Shown here: positions 18,183-27,443 of the stretch, piece by piece
How the letters are laid out: each line of letters starts with the position of its first letter
How positions within the stretch are numbered: the stretch's first letter is position 1
Assembly: GCA_903939755.1 (NCBI GenBank)
Contig: CAJAII010000002.1
Span: 490 to 64,489, forward strand
DNA from: an uncultured Flavobacteriales bacterium
Lineage (GTDB): Bacteria > Bacteroidota > Bacteroidia > Flavobacteriales_D > Crocinitomicaceae
Reading direction: 5' to 3'
Length of the DNA: 64,000 nucleotides
The notes under the pieces: generated by a model
Seen by the model: the letters and a program-made list of their open reading frames with translations, nothing else
What the model was told of the DNA's origin: nothing
The model's database searches: none
Translations under genes and position numbers: made by a program

Positions 18183-18210
18183 TCTTTTTTTTCTTAAAGT
18201 ATTGAAAATC

Positions 18211-18504
18211 ATGAAATCCATTTTTTTTCTTTCCTTTCTAATGCTTCTTTTTATTTCATGCAATAAGGATCGATCCTGTCCTGGTTCTGTGAATGGCGTT
18301 ATGCATAATTATGCAGGATTTGATGGTTGCGGATGGGTTATTGAAATCAATGGGTCCATCTATGAGCCAATGAATATCAATGACTTTAATGTTGATTTTT
18401 TGGTGGAGGGTAAGAAGGTGAAACTAAACTATGAGGAGAAGGGAATGGCAAGCATTTGTATGGTTGGTCCGACGATTTTCATTAGTTGCTTAAGTGAAAA
18501 TTAA
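18211..18504 (+). CDS. Small lipoprotein of unknown function
   Basis: Signal peptide plus lipobox MKSIFFLSFLMLLFISC. The ATG at 18211 is preferred over the TTG at 18202. Confidence 0.6.
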   Translation: MKSIFFLSFLMLLFISCNKDRSCPGSVNGVMHNYAGFDGCGWVIEINGSIYEPMNINDFNVDFLVEGKKVKLNYEEKGMASICMVGPTIFISCLSEN

Positions 18505-18568
18505 TAATCTGCTACTTAAATTACCTTGCTGACTTGAAAGTTCTATGTAATTTTGGAAAAAGTCAAGC

Positions 18569-19573
18569 ATGAAAATATCCGCGTCAATTTACAGTGATAA
18601 AAATCGAAATTTAGAGGCTGTAATTGCTGATTTAGCGGCTCATCAAGTCGAATTACTTCACGTAGATTGTAATGATGAGGTGGCAGTATTCGAAGATATT
18701 AAACGAATACGCACTTGGTGTACTATTCCGATTGATTTGCATATTATTACTAATAAGCCAAGCAAGTTCTTTCCACTTTTATTAGAGACACCCGTTGAAT
18801 ACCTAACCTTTCAATTTGAAAACCTTGTTGAACCTCTTGTAATACCAAAGGAGATTACAGGAAAAAAAGGGATTGCTATTACAACTCATACTTCTATAAA
18901 CGCTTTTAATTCGTATCCAAAGTTTGATTTTATCCTTATAATGGCAACAATTCCTGGTCAAAGTGGGGGATTATTTGATAAGCACAATTTTAGTAAAATA
19001 AGATCATTTAGAAATCAATATCCAAGTAAGTCGATTCACGTTGATGGGGGTGTTAATGGGGAAGTGTCCTTTATTCTGAGAAATATGGGTGTGAGCACTT
19101 CGGTTTCTGGCTCTTACTTGTTTAATGCGCCCAGTATTGGACATGCTTTAATGAATTTGACAAAAAGAGAAATGGAGTCGCAATTCAAGGTGTCAGATTT
19201 TATGACTCCATTGGCTGAAGCTCCTTTTGTGATGTTGCAGAATTGTTCTACGAAATTAATTCTAGAAACTGTTGAGACAGGTAATTTGGGTTTTTGTTTG
19301 GTAATTGATGAGGATAAAAGTTTGGTGGGAATAGTTTCTAGTGCCGATATTCGTAAAGCTTTACTACGTAAAATTGATCAACCCCAATCCATTACTTCAG
19401 CTGATTTTATTAATCGTAGTCCTAAAACATTAAATGCTGATTTTAGTGTCGTGGATATGCTTCAATACATTAAAAAATGTCCTTTTCCAATTATGTATCT
19501 CCCTGTTATTGGCGCTAATCGTGAGGTGCTTGGAATTGTTAACTTTGCACACCTTATTAAAGGAGAATTATGA
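18569..19573 (+). CDS. Ribulose-phosphate 3-epimerase-like TIM-barrel fused to a C-terminal CBS-domain pair
   Basis: RPE-like landmarks ISASIYS, LLHVDCND, PIDLHII, ILIMATIPGQSGG, IHVDGGVNGE and VSGSYLF. The CBS pair begins at FKVSDFMTP and continues through LVGIVSSADIRKALL and VLGIVNFAHLIK. Confidence 0.7.
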   Translation: MKISASIYSDKNRNLEAVIADLAAHQVELLHVDCNDEVAVFEDIKRIRTWCTIPIDLHIITNKPSKFFPLLLETPVEYLTFQFENLVEPLVIPKEITGKKGIAITTHTSINAFNSYPKFDFILIMATIPGQSGGLFDKHNFSKIRSFRNQYPSKSIHVDGGVNGEVSFILRNMGVSTSVSGSYLFNAPSIGHALMNLTKREMESQFKVSDFMTPLAEAPFVMLQNCSTKLILETVETGNLGFCLVIDEDKSLVGIVSSADIRKALLRKIDQPQSITSADFINRSPKTLNADFSVVDMLQYIKKCPFPIMYLPVIGANREVLGIVNFAHLIKGEL

Positions 19574-20565
19574 TAATACAACTTAAAAATAATGTTTCGA
19601 GAGAAAAGGCAGCGGCGCTTGCTAGCGAATCCAATGCTTTTCATATTTCTAATGATCACCAGGTTTTAATTACGGGATCCGGAATTAAAGAATTACCCAA
19701 CTGCTTGGAAGGATTTGCGGAGAAAACTTGGGTTTTTGCCAATGATATGCAATTAGCATCCAAAGCGTATCAAGCGGATAAACGAAGTGTGAAATTTGGT
19801 AATGTTACCATTGGTGGTTCCACGAATCAAACGGTATTAATTGGTGGGCCTTGTTCTGTTGAATCAGAAGAACAAATTCGGTCTTCAGCTGAATTGTTAG
19901 TTAATCTGGGATTAAGTACCTTGAGAGGCGGTTGTTATAAGCCTAGAACAAGTCCGTATTCTTTTCAAGGTTTAGGCTTGGAAGGCTTGAAATTATTAGC
20001 CAAAATGCGGGAGGAATATAAGCTAAATGTAATTACTGAAGCACGTGATGCCACCCATATTGATGAAATAATTGAGTACACTGATATTATTCAGGTTGGT
20101 GCAAAAGCAATGTATGATCAAGGGATTTTACGCGCTTGTTCAAAAACGAATAAACCGGTTTTAATAAAACGTGGTTTTGGAACGACCTTGCAGGAATTTG
20201 TGCAGGCGGCTGAGTTTGTACTGTCGGGTGGAAATGAAAATGTGGTCTTGTGCGAAAGGGGAATTCGAACTTTTGAAACTGGAACTCGCTTTACCTTAGA
20301 TTTATGTGGTGTAGCATGGCTTCAAGAGTATACCAATTTGCCAATAATCCTAGATCCATCGCATGCTATTGGGTATGCTTATGGGGTGCCTGTTCTTGCT
20401 AAAGCATGTGTAGCAATGGGAATTGATGGCTTACTCATCGAAACTCATCCGAATCCTAAAGTGGCCTTGTCAGACGCTTCTCAGCAATTAAATTATCTGC
20501 AATTTGAGCAGTTGTACCGTGATCTTCAAAAAGTCGCGGAAAGTGTAGGATATAAAATGGTTTAA
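19570..20565 (+). CDS. 3-deoxy-7-phosphoheptulonate (DAHP) synthase, type I-beta with N-terminal regulatory-type domain
   Basis: GGPCSVESEEQ, YKPRTSPYSFQGLG (KPRT motif of DAHPS, not the KANRS of KDO8PS) and ILDPSHA. ATGA overlap with the upstream gene. Confidence 0.85.
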   Translation: MIIQLKNNVSREKAAALASESNAFHISNDHQVLITGSGIKELPNCLEGFAEKTWVFANDMQLASKAYQADKRSVKFGNVTIGGSTNQTVLIGGPCSVESEEQIRSSAELLVNLGLSTLRGGCYKPRTSPYSFQGLGLEGLKLLAKMREEYKLNVITEARDATHIDEIIEYTDIIQVGAKAMYDQGILRACSKTNKPVLIKRGFGTTLQEFVQAAEFVLSGGNENVVLCERGIRTFETGTRFTLDLCGVAWLQEYTNLPIILDPSHAIGYAYGVPVLAKACVAMGIDGLLIETHPNPKVALSDASQQLNYLQFEQLYRDLQKVAESVGYKMV

Positions 20566-20566
20566 T

Positions 20567-21244
20567 ATGCAATTAGAACAAAATATTAAAGGGCTTTGCT
20601 CAAAACATGGTATCGATTTCAATAGCTTTCTAAGCGATTTGGAGGTGGATGAGGTACATGAATTATCTATTTTTGATCTAGAAGCTATTTGTGATGAATA
20701 TGAAATCGACTTGTTGGCCTTACTCTTCAAACCCTTGTATAAAACGTCGTTTCTTCAAAAGAAAATAGATGCCATTAAATTGTTAGTGCTTGATGTTGAT
20801 GGCGTAATGACGGATGGCGGCATGTACATGTCCGAAAATGGAGATCAATCAAAAAAATACAATACCAAAGACGGAATGGGGATTCTCCATTTAACCAAAA
20901 GTGGTTTTAAGGTTGGTATTATCTCCTCAGGATTTACCAATAATATGGTCCAACAACGAGCCGAAATGTTAGGGATTAAGCATTGCTACGTGGGCCGTGA
21001 ACCAAAACTTGAAGTCCTCGAGGCTTGGTGCCTTGAATTAAATATATCCTTGGAACAGGTGGCAATTATTGGCGATGATGTGAATGATATTCCCATTATG
21101 AATCAAGTGGGTTTAGCTGTTTGTCCCTCTGATTCCGTTAATGCCGTGAAATCGTTATCGCACATAATTCTAGCTGCGAAAGGTGGCCATGGGTGTATTC
21201 GAGAATTTATTGATACCTATCTACTTAATGAACCAATTTCTTAA
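20567..21244 (+). CDS. HAD-IIIA phosphatase of the KdsC (3-deoxy-ulosonate-phosphate phosphatase) family with an extra N-terminal segment of about 45 residues
   Basis: LLVLDVDGVMTDG, KDGMGI, GIISSG, IGDDVNDIPIM and GGHGCIREF. The start lies 1 nt after the DAHPS stop. Confidence 0.8.
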   Translation: MQLEQNIKGLCSKHGIDFNSFLSDLEVDEVHELSIFDLEAICDEYEIDLLALLFKPLYKTSFLQKKIDAIKLLVLDVDGVMTDGGMYMSENGDQSKKYNTKDGMGILHLTKSGFKVGIISSGFTNNMVQQRAEMLGIKHCYVGREPKLEVLEAWCLELNISLEQVAIIGDDVNDIPIMNQVGLAVCPSDSVNAVKSLSHIILAAKGGHGCIREFIDTYLLNEPIS

Positions 21245-21259
21245 TCTTTAAATGTTAGT

Positions 21260-22474
21260 ATGAAAATTATTCGATTAGGAATTATTCGAGAGGGTAAGAC
21301 TCCGCCAGATTTTAGAGTACCACTTACTCCTTCGCAATGTTGTGCCATAGAGAAAATGTATCCACAAATTAAAATGCTTGTTCAATCTAGCCCAATTCGG
21401 ACGTATAAAGATGAAGACTATTTGCAAGCGGGTATTGATGTGGTGGAAAATTTGGAGGATTGTGACATTATTTTTGGTGTGAAAGAGGTGCCAATTGCTG
21501 CTTTGATTCCAAGCAAGCAATTTTTCTTTTTTTCTCATACCATTAAAAAACAGCCCTATAACAGGGATTTGCTAAAAAGTATCTTAGCTAAAAAAATTCA
21601 ATTGGTGGATTACGAAGTGATTCGTGATAGTAACCACAAAAGATTAGTTGGCTTTGGTCGCTATGCTGGAATTGTGGGTTGTTACAACGCATTTCTAACG
21701 TATGGATTAAAGAGTGGTCGTTACCAACTAAAACCTGCCAACGCTTGTAATAATCGAATGGAAGTAGAACAGGAATTGAAAAAAGTGGATTTGCCTAGTG
21801 ATTTCAGAATCGTGTTGACGGGTTTTGGAAGGGTAGGTCATGGTGCGGTAGAAATATTAAAATTACTTCCAATTAAAGAATTGAATCCAAGTGAATTTTT
21901 AAGTGAGAAGACGGATCAAGCCGTTTATACTCATTTGGAGAGCCATGATTACTATGCTCATTCCTTAGACAAACCTTTTGATAAACATCAGTTTTACGAA
22001 CATCCAGAAAATTTTAAATCAACGTTTAGCCAATATATGCCGCTTTGTGATATGTACATCCCTTGTCATTTTTGGGATAGTCGATCACCAAAAATAATTC
22101 TTCAATCGGATTTTTTAGCGCCAAATTGTCGGGTAAAGGTTATTGCTGATATTTCTTGTGATGTAGCAGGACCTATTGCAAGTACCATTCGGTCATCGAA
22201 AATGGCCGAACCAATTTATGGGTATAATCCTTCCACTGGGCTGGAAGTTGATTTTATGGATCCGAACGCAATAGCGGTGATGGCAGTTGATAATTTGCCT
22301 TGCGAATTACCTCGAGATGCTTCAGAAGACTTCGGGAATCAATTGATAAAGCATGTTATTCCTTTATTGGTCGGCGATGACCCTGATCGCATCATTGAAA
22401 GGGGTTCTCAAACAAATACTCAAGGGGAACTAATGCCCGATTTTGACTATTTGACTGATTACGTTACTGCTTAA
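21260..22474 (+). CDS. Lysine-ketoglutarate reductase / saccharopine dehydrogenase (L-lysine-forming)-like, alanine dehydrogenase/PNT-fold protein
   Basis: GIIREGKTPPDFRVPLTP, FFFFSHTIKKQPYN, IQLVDYEVI and LVGFGRYAGIVG parallel the N-terminal LKR domain of eukaryotic AASS. Confidence 0.7.
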   Translation: MKIIRLGIIREGKTPPDFRVPLTPSQCCAIEKMYPQIKMLVQSSPIRTYKDEDYLQAGIDVVENLEDCDIIFGVKEVPIAALIPSKQFFFFSHTIKKQPYNRDLLKSILAKKIQLVDYEVIRDSNHKRLVGFGRYAGIVGCYNAFLTYGLKSGRYQLKPANACNNRMEVEQELKKVDLPSDFRIVLTGFGRVGHGAVEILKLLPIKELNPSEFLSEKTDQAVYTHLESHDYYAHSLDKPFDKHQFYEHPENFKSTFSQYMPLCDMYIPCHFWDSRSPKIILQSDFLAPNCRVKVIADISCDVAGPIASTIRSSKMAEPIYGYNPSTGLEVDFMDPNAIAVMAVDNLPCELPRDASEDFGNQLIKHVIPLLVGDDPDRIIERGSQTNTQGELMPDFDYLTDYVTA

Positions 22475-22510
22475 TTTTCAGGTCTTAACGGGTCAATTGG
22501 CATGCGATGT

Positions 22511-22545
22511 ATGAAGGAAAGTCGCTCTCTTCATTTATTAATTTT
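22511..22545 (+). terminator. Weak hairpin plus T-rich tail after the LKR-like gene
   Basis: atgaag...cttcat stem followed by tttattaattttt. Confidence 0.3.
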
Positions 22546-22707
22546 TCAACATGATTTATTTCTGGAAGTTGATTATTGGCAATCCTTCAGGGAAATGTTT
22601 TTTTTAAACTTTTAAATTCTTAATTTTACGATAATAACGTGTATTAAGTGTTTATAAAATCTCTCTTAAACACGCACGCTTATTCTTCGATTAGATAATA
22701 TATTTTC

Positions 22708-22715
22708 TACTTTTG
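22708..22715 (+). promoter_or_regulatory. Bacteroidota -7 box TAnnTTTG (tacttttg) upstream of purL
   Basis: Exact consensus match 18 nt upstream of the ATG at 22733. Confidence 0.4.
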
Positions 22716-22732
22716 TATCGCTAACATTATTT

Positions 22733-24976
22733 ATGAAAAATACTTTGCAATTAGAAGCTACTCTTGAACAAGCCATTGAATTAGGTTTGCGAGCGGATGA
22801 GTTTGAAATGATAAAAGGAATTCTCGGACGGACACCTAATTTTACAGAAACTGCCATATATTCGGTTATGTGGTCTGAGCATTGTTCCTACAAGAATTCT
22901 ATTCTTTGGTTAAAAACGTTGCCAAAAGATGGTCCTCATATGTTAGTGAAAGCTGGTGAAGAAAATGCTGGTTTAGTTGATATAGGCGGAGGTTTAGGCG
23001 TCGTTTTTAAAATTGAGTCCCATAATCACCCAAGTGCTTTAGAACCTTATCAAGGAGCTGCCACGGGTGTTGGGGGAATTAACCGTGATATTTTTACCAT
23101 GGGTGCAAGGCCAATTGCGCAACTCAATTCGTTGCGATTTGGAGATATTAAAGAGGAAAAAACAAAGTGGTTGGTAAAAGGTGTGGTGAAAGGAATTGGA
23201 GATTATGGAAATGCTTTTGGAATTCCAATCGTTGGGGGGGAAGTGTTTTTTGATGAATGCTACAATACGAATCCTCTTGTTAATGCTTTCTCAGCGGGAA
23301 TAATTGATACTAAAAAAGTAATTTCTGCTACGGCTAAAGGTCCTGGAAATCCTGTCTTTATCGTTGGTTCTGCCACCGGAAAAGATGGTATCGCAGGAGC
23401 TGCATTTGCTTCAAAAGATATAACGGAAGATTCAGCAAATGATTTACCTTCTGTGCAAGTTGGTGATCCTTTTATGGAAAAATTATTACTGGAAGCAACT
23501 ATGGAACTCGCTAATACCAATGCTATTGTTGGTATGCAAGACATGGGGGCAGCTGGAATTACTTGCTCAACCTGTGAAATGTCTGCTGCTGGAAATGTTG
23601 GAATGGAGATTTATCTTGATAAAGTGCCAACGAGACAACAAAACATGCTTCCATATGAAATCCTTTTGTCCGAATCGCAAGAACGAATGCTAGTAGTTGT
23701 GAAAAAAGGGGAAGAGGAGACAGTTAAAAATATTTTCGATAAATGGGATTTACATGCGGAAGAAATTGGACATGTAACTGATACTGGTCGTATTTGTTAT
23801 TACATGGATGGCCAATTGGTGGGTGATGTACCAGCGGAATCTTTAGTGCTTGGTGGTGGTGCCCCTCAATATAAACGTGATTTTTCTGAACCAGCTTATT
23901 ACCAAGAATATAAAAAATTTAACATTGATTCCATCAAAGAACCAGCCTCACTAAAAGATGTTGGTTTTGCACTACTTGGACTTCCAAATATTGCCTCTAA
24001 AAGATGGATCTATGAACAATATGATTCAATGGTAGGTACCGCAACTATGACAACGAATAAGCCATCGGATGCAGGAGTGGTGTTTATTAAAGGAACGGAC
24101 ATAGGACTCAGCATGACCGTAGATTGTAATTCACGATTTGTTAATGCTGATCCAGAAGTGGGTACCATGATTGCTGTTTCTGAGGCAGCAAGGAATATTG
24201 TGTGTTCGGGTGGAATTCCTTCGGCTGTCACAAATTGCCTTAATTTTGGTAATCCATACAATCCGGAGTGCTATTGGCAGTTTGTTGGTGCTATCAAAGG
24301 AATGAGTGCGGCTTGTCTTAAATTTGAAACGCCTGTAACGGGTGGAAATGTTTCTTTCTACAATCAATCCAATATCAATGGGAAAGAGTTACCGGTTTTT
24401 CCTACGCCTACTATAGGTATGATTGGCTTGGTTCCTACTACTGATAATTTGATGACCCTAGACTTTAAAAAGAAAGGAGATCTTATATTTTTAATTGGAG
24501 ATTATAAAAATGACATCTCTTCTTCTGAATATTTGGCTAGCTATCTTGGAATCAAGGAATCACCAGCTCCTTATTTTGATTTAGAGAAGGAATTCGATAT
24601 GCAGCAATCAATACAAGAATTAATTAAAAATAAATTGATTAATGCGGCGCATGATGTCTCCGATGGTGGCCTATACGTTACTTTGGTGGAAATGTCAATT
24701 CCATCGGATCTTGGCTTTGATATTTTAACCGATGCTGAAATTCGTGGAGATGCTTTCTTGTTTGGTGAAGGACAGGGTAGGGTTGTTGTTACCATGACAG
24801 AAGAAATGGAAGGTCAGTTTATTGAATTTATGCTAACTCAAAATGTTAATATTACGTTGCTTGGACATGTTACAAAAGGTAAGATGCAAGTGGATGAGGA
24901 ACATTTTGGTTTTATTAGTGAGGCAAAAGCGATTTACCAAAATGCGTTGGGAGAGTTATTAGAAAATAAAAATTAA
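22733..24976 (+). CDS. purL: Phosphoribosylformylglycinamidine synthase subunit PurL
   Basis: 747 aa. [38 protein letters not shown] and DVSDGGL motifs. Confidence 0.93.
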   Translation: MKNTLQLEATLEQAIELGLRADEFEMIKGILGRTPNFTETAIYSVMWSEHCSYKNSILWLKTLPKDGPHMLVKAGEENAGLVDIGGGLGVVFKIESHNHPSALEPYQGAATGVGGINRDIFTMGARPIAQLNSLRFGDIKEEKTKWLVKGVVKGIGDYGNAFGIPIVGGEVFFDECYNTNPLVNAFSAGIIDTKKVISATAKGPGNPVFIVGSATGKDGIAGAAFASKDITEDSANDLPSVQVGDPFMEKLLLEATMELANTNAIVGMQDMGAAGITCSTCEMSAAGNVGMEIYLDKVPTRQQNMLPYEILLSESQERMLVVVKKGEEETVKNIFDKWDLHAEEIGHVTDTGRICYYMDGQLVGDVPAESLVLGGGAPQYKRDFSEPAYYQEYKKFNIDSIKEPASLKDVGFALLGLPNIASKRWIYEQYDSMVGTATMTTNKPSDAGVVFIKGTDIGLSMTVDCNSRFVNADPEVGTMIAVSEAARNIVCSGGIPSAVTNCLNFGNPYNPECYWQFVGAIKGMSAACLKFETPVTGGNVSFYNQSNINGKELPVFPTPTIGMIGLVPTTDNLMTLDFKKKGDLIFLIGDYKNDISSSEYLASYLGIKESPAPYFDLEKEFDMQQSIQELIKNKLINAAHDVSDGGLYVTLVEMSIPSDLGFDILTDAEIRGDAFLFGEGQGRVVVTMTEEMEGQFIEFMLTQNVNITLLGHVTKGKMQVDEEHFGFISEAKAIYQNALGELLENKN

Positions 24977-24978
24977 TT

Positions 24979-25608
24979 ATGGAATATAATACAACAAGAG
25001 GAAAGTTAATTCTTCCTGAATATGGTCGAAATGTGCAAAATATGATATCTCATGCCATGGAAATCGTAGATAGGAAAGAGCGTAATCGTGCCTCTCTTGC
25101 AATCATCGAGGTGATGGGCCAATTGAATCCGCATTTAAGGGATGTAGATGATTACCGTCATAAACTTTGGACACACCTTTTTGTAATGTCTGATTTTAAA
25201 TTGGAGGTTGATTCTCCTTATGAGATTCCTCTTCCCGAAGCATTAATGGAAAAACCTCAAATAATGGCTTATCCTAAAGGGCAAATAAGGTTTGGGCACT
25301 ATGGAAAATATACGCAGCAGATTTTGACCGATGCAAAATCGATTACGGATGAAAAAGAAAAAGAATTTTTGAAGAATTCGATGGCGAATTTTATGAAAAA
25401 GCTTTATCTCGCTCACAACAATGACGCTGTCGAAAATAATGTCATCGCTGATCACTTGAAAGACTTATCTAACGGTGAACTTATCCTCGAAAATCCTGAT
25501 GAATTAGTGAGTACAAGTACGCTACTAAGGGAAATGGGATTGAATAAGAAATTTGTGAAACCGAATAATTTTAAGCACAAGCAAAAAAAGAAATTTATTA
25601 AAAAATAA
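24979..25608 (+). CDS. DUF4290-like protein (conserved murA-upstream gene of Bacteroidota)
   Basis: N-terminus YNTTRGKLILPEYGRNVQNMI, a Lys-rich tail, and its position directly upstream of murA. Confidence 0.65.
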   Translation: MEYNTTRGKLILPEYGRNVQNMISHAMEIVDRKERNRASLAIIEVMGQLNPHLRDVDDYRHKLWTHLFVMSDFKLEVDSPYEIPLPEALMEKPQIMAYPKGQIRFGHYGKYTQQILTDAKSITDEKEKEFLKNSMANFMKKLYLAHNNDAVENNVIADHLKDLSNGELILENPDELVSTSTLLREMGLNKKFVKPNNFKHKQKKKFIKK

Positions 25609-25611
25609 GTT

Positions 25612-26919
25612 ATGGCATCATTTGAAATTATAGGTGGCAAGCCGCTAAAAGGAGAGTTAACACCACAAGGAGCAAAAAATGAAGCACTTCAAGTGTTATG
25701 TGCCCCTTTACTTACAGCTGAAAAAGTAACCATTTCTAATGTACCTGATATCATTGATGTCAACAAACTCATTTCTTTGCTTCAAGCAATGGGTGTAAAG
25801 GTCGAAAAAGTTGAAAAAGGAACGTATATTTTTCAGGCTAAAGAAATTGATTTTGACTATTTAGGAAGTGAGGATTTTAAAACACGCGCTTCCTCTTTAA
25901 GGGGTTCAATTATGATTGTTGGGCCGCTTTTAGCTCGATTTGGTCGTGGTTTTATACCAAAACCTGGGGGCGATAAAATTGGACGAAGAAGATTAGATAC
26001 CCATTTTGAAGGTTTTACCTTGCTAGGTGCTAAGTTTAATTATGATGCCGGGGAACATTTTTACTCGGTTGAAGCCAAAAAATTAAAAGGTACGTTTATT
26101 CATTTAGATGAAGCATCCGTAACTGGTACAGCTAATATCTTAATGGCGGCGGTTCTTGCGGAAGGAAAAACAACTTTTTACAACGCAGCTTGTGAGCCTT
26201 ATATTCAACAATTATGTAAAATGTTGAATTCAATGGGTGCGAAAATTGAAGGAATTGCCTCAAATATGCTTCATATCGAAGGGGTGAAAGAATTAAAGGG
26301 TTGTTTCCACCGAATCTTACCGGATATGATAGAAATTGGTAGTTTTATCGGTTTGGCGGCAATGACTAAATCTGAAATTACTATCAAAGATGTTAGTTGG
26401 GAAAATTTAGGCATCATTCCAAACGTATTTAGAAGGTTAGGAATAAAATTAGAACGTCGAGGTGATGATATCTTCGTTCCCGCTCAAGAAAATTATGAAA
26501 TTGATACCTTTATTGACGGTTCGATTTTAACCATTTATGATGCACCTTGGCCTGGTTTTACACCCGATTTATTATCTATCATTTTGGTAGTGGCTACTCA
26601 AGCAAAAGGATCGGTGCTGATCCATCAAAAAATGTTTGAGTCAAGATTGTTCTTTGTAGATAAATTAATCGATATGGGAGCGCAAATTATTCTTTGTGAC
26701 CCACATAGAGCAACTGTTATTGGAATGAATAGAGCGCATTCGCTAAAAGGAATAAGTATGACTTCACCAGATATTCGTGCCGGTGTTTCATTATTGATTG
26801 CAGCGCTTTCTGCTGAAGGAAAAAGCGTCATTCATAATATCGAACAAATTGACCGAGGATACCAAGATATTGAAATCAGACTTCGAAATATTGGTGCTGA
26901 TATAACAAGGATAGGATGA
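25612..26919 (+). CDS. murA: UDP-N-acetylglucosamine 1-carboxyvinyltransferase
   Basis: 435 aa. GAKNEALQVLCAPLLT, PGGDKIGRRRLDTH and IEQIDRGY. Confidence 0.93.
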   Translation: MASFEIIGGKPLKGELTPQGAKNEALQVLCAPLLTAEKVTISNVPDIIDVNKLISLLQAMGVKVEKVEKGTYIFQAKEIDFDYLGSEDFKTRASSLRGSIMIVGPLLARFGRGFIPKPGGDKIGRRRLDTHFEGFTLLGAKFNYDAGEHFYSVEAKKLKGTFIHLDEASVTGTANILMAAVLAEGKTTFYNAACEPYIQQLCKMLNSMGAKIEGIASNMLHIEGVKELKGCFHRILPDMIEIGSFIGLAAMTKSEITIKDVSWENLGIIPNVFRRLGIKLERRGDDIFVPAQENYEIDTFIDGSILTIYDAPWPGFTPDLLSIILVVATQAKGSVLIHQKMFESRLFFVDKLIDMGAQIILCDPHRATVIGMNRAHSLKGISMTSPDIRAGVSLLIAALSAEGKSVIHNIEQIDRGYQDIEIRLRNIGADITRIG

Positions 26920-27440
26920 TGAAATTTAATCAGCTTTTTTTTATTGCGCTACTTGTTGGCTTGTTTTGTGTGGCCTTCTGCTTTGAAGATGACAAAACAA
27001 CTTCTCCTCTTGCTAAAGCACCCGAAATTACATTACTATCTCCGAAAGGAAAAACTATTAAGTTGTCCGATTTAAAAGGTAAATTGGTTTTGATAGATTT
27101 TTGGGCTTCTTGGTGTGGCCCTTGTCGAAAGGAAAGTCCGAATGTGGTGGAAGCGTATGCAAAATATCACAAGAGAAAGTTTACAAACGGCAAGGGATTT
27201 GAAGTTTTTAGTGTTTCGTTGGATAAAGATTCAAAAGCTTGGGTCAATGCCATAAATATGGATCACTTGTCTTGGGGTTCGCATGGTATTGATAGCGAAG
27301 GCGTTGCTGCTGAAAGTTATGGCGTAAATTCAATTCCTTCTGCTTTTTTAATAGATGGTGAAGGTAATATCGTTGCTAAAGGCCAAGATCTTCGTGGCTT
27401 AAACCTTCATGTGACGATTGATAAGTTCGTGAAAAATTGA
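26916..27440 (+). CDS. TlpA/redoxin family thiol-disulfide oxidoreductase (secreted)
   Basis: FWASWCGPCRKE with a CxxC active site, plus a signal peptide. Confidence 0.85.
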   Translation: MMKFNQLFFIALLVGLFCVAFCFEDDKTTSPLAKAPEITLLSPKGKTIKLSDLKGKLVLIDFWASWCGPCRKESPNVVEAYAKYHKRKFTNGKGFEVFSVSLDKDSKAWVNAINMDHLSWGSHGIDSEGVAAESYGVNSIPSAFLIDGEGNIVAKGQDLRGLNLHVTIDKFVKN

Positions 27441-27443
27441 ATG

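Noticed and set aside
18072-18263. 63-aa minus-strand ORF
   Set aside because: It overlaps the SRP RNA gene and the start of the lipoprotein gene, and has an Arg/Lys-rich composition typical of an antisense artefact.
22475-22732. Possible ZTP (pfl) or purine riboswitch in the 258-bp leader of purL (gggtcaattggc resembles the GGGUC...UGGC start of the pfl motif)
   Set aside because: No downstream CCGCCUGGG-type pseudoknot partner or second subdomain is present. The segment sits directly after the previous gene's stop and is more simply part of its terminator region.
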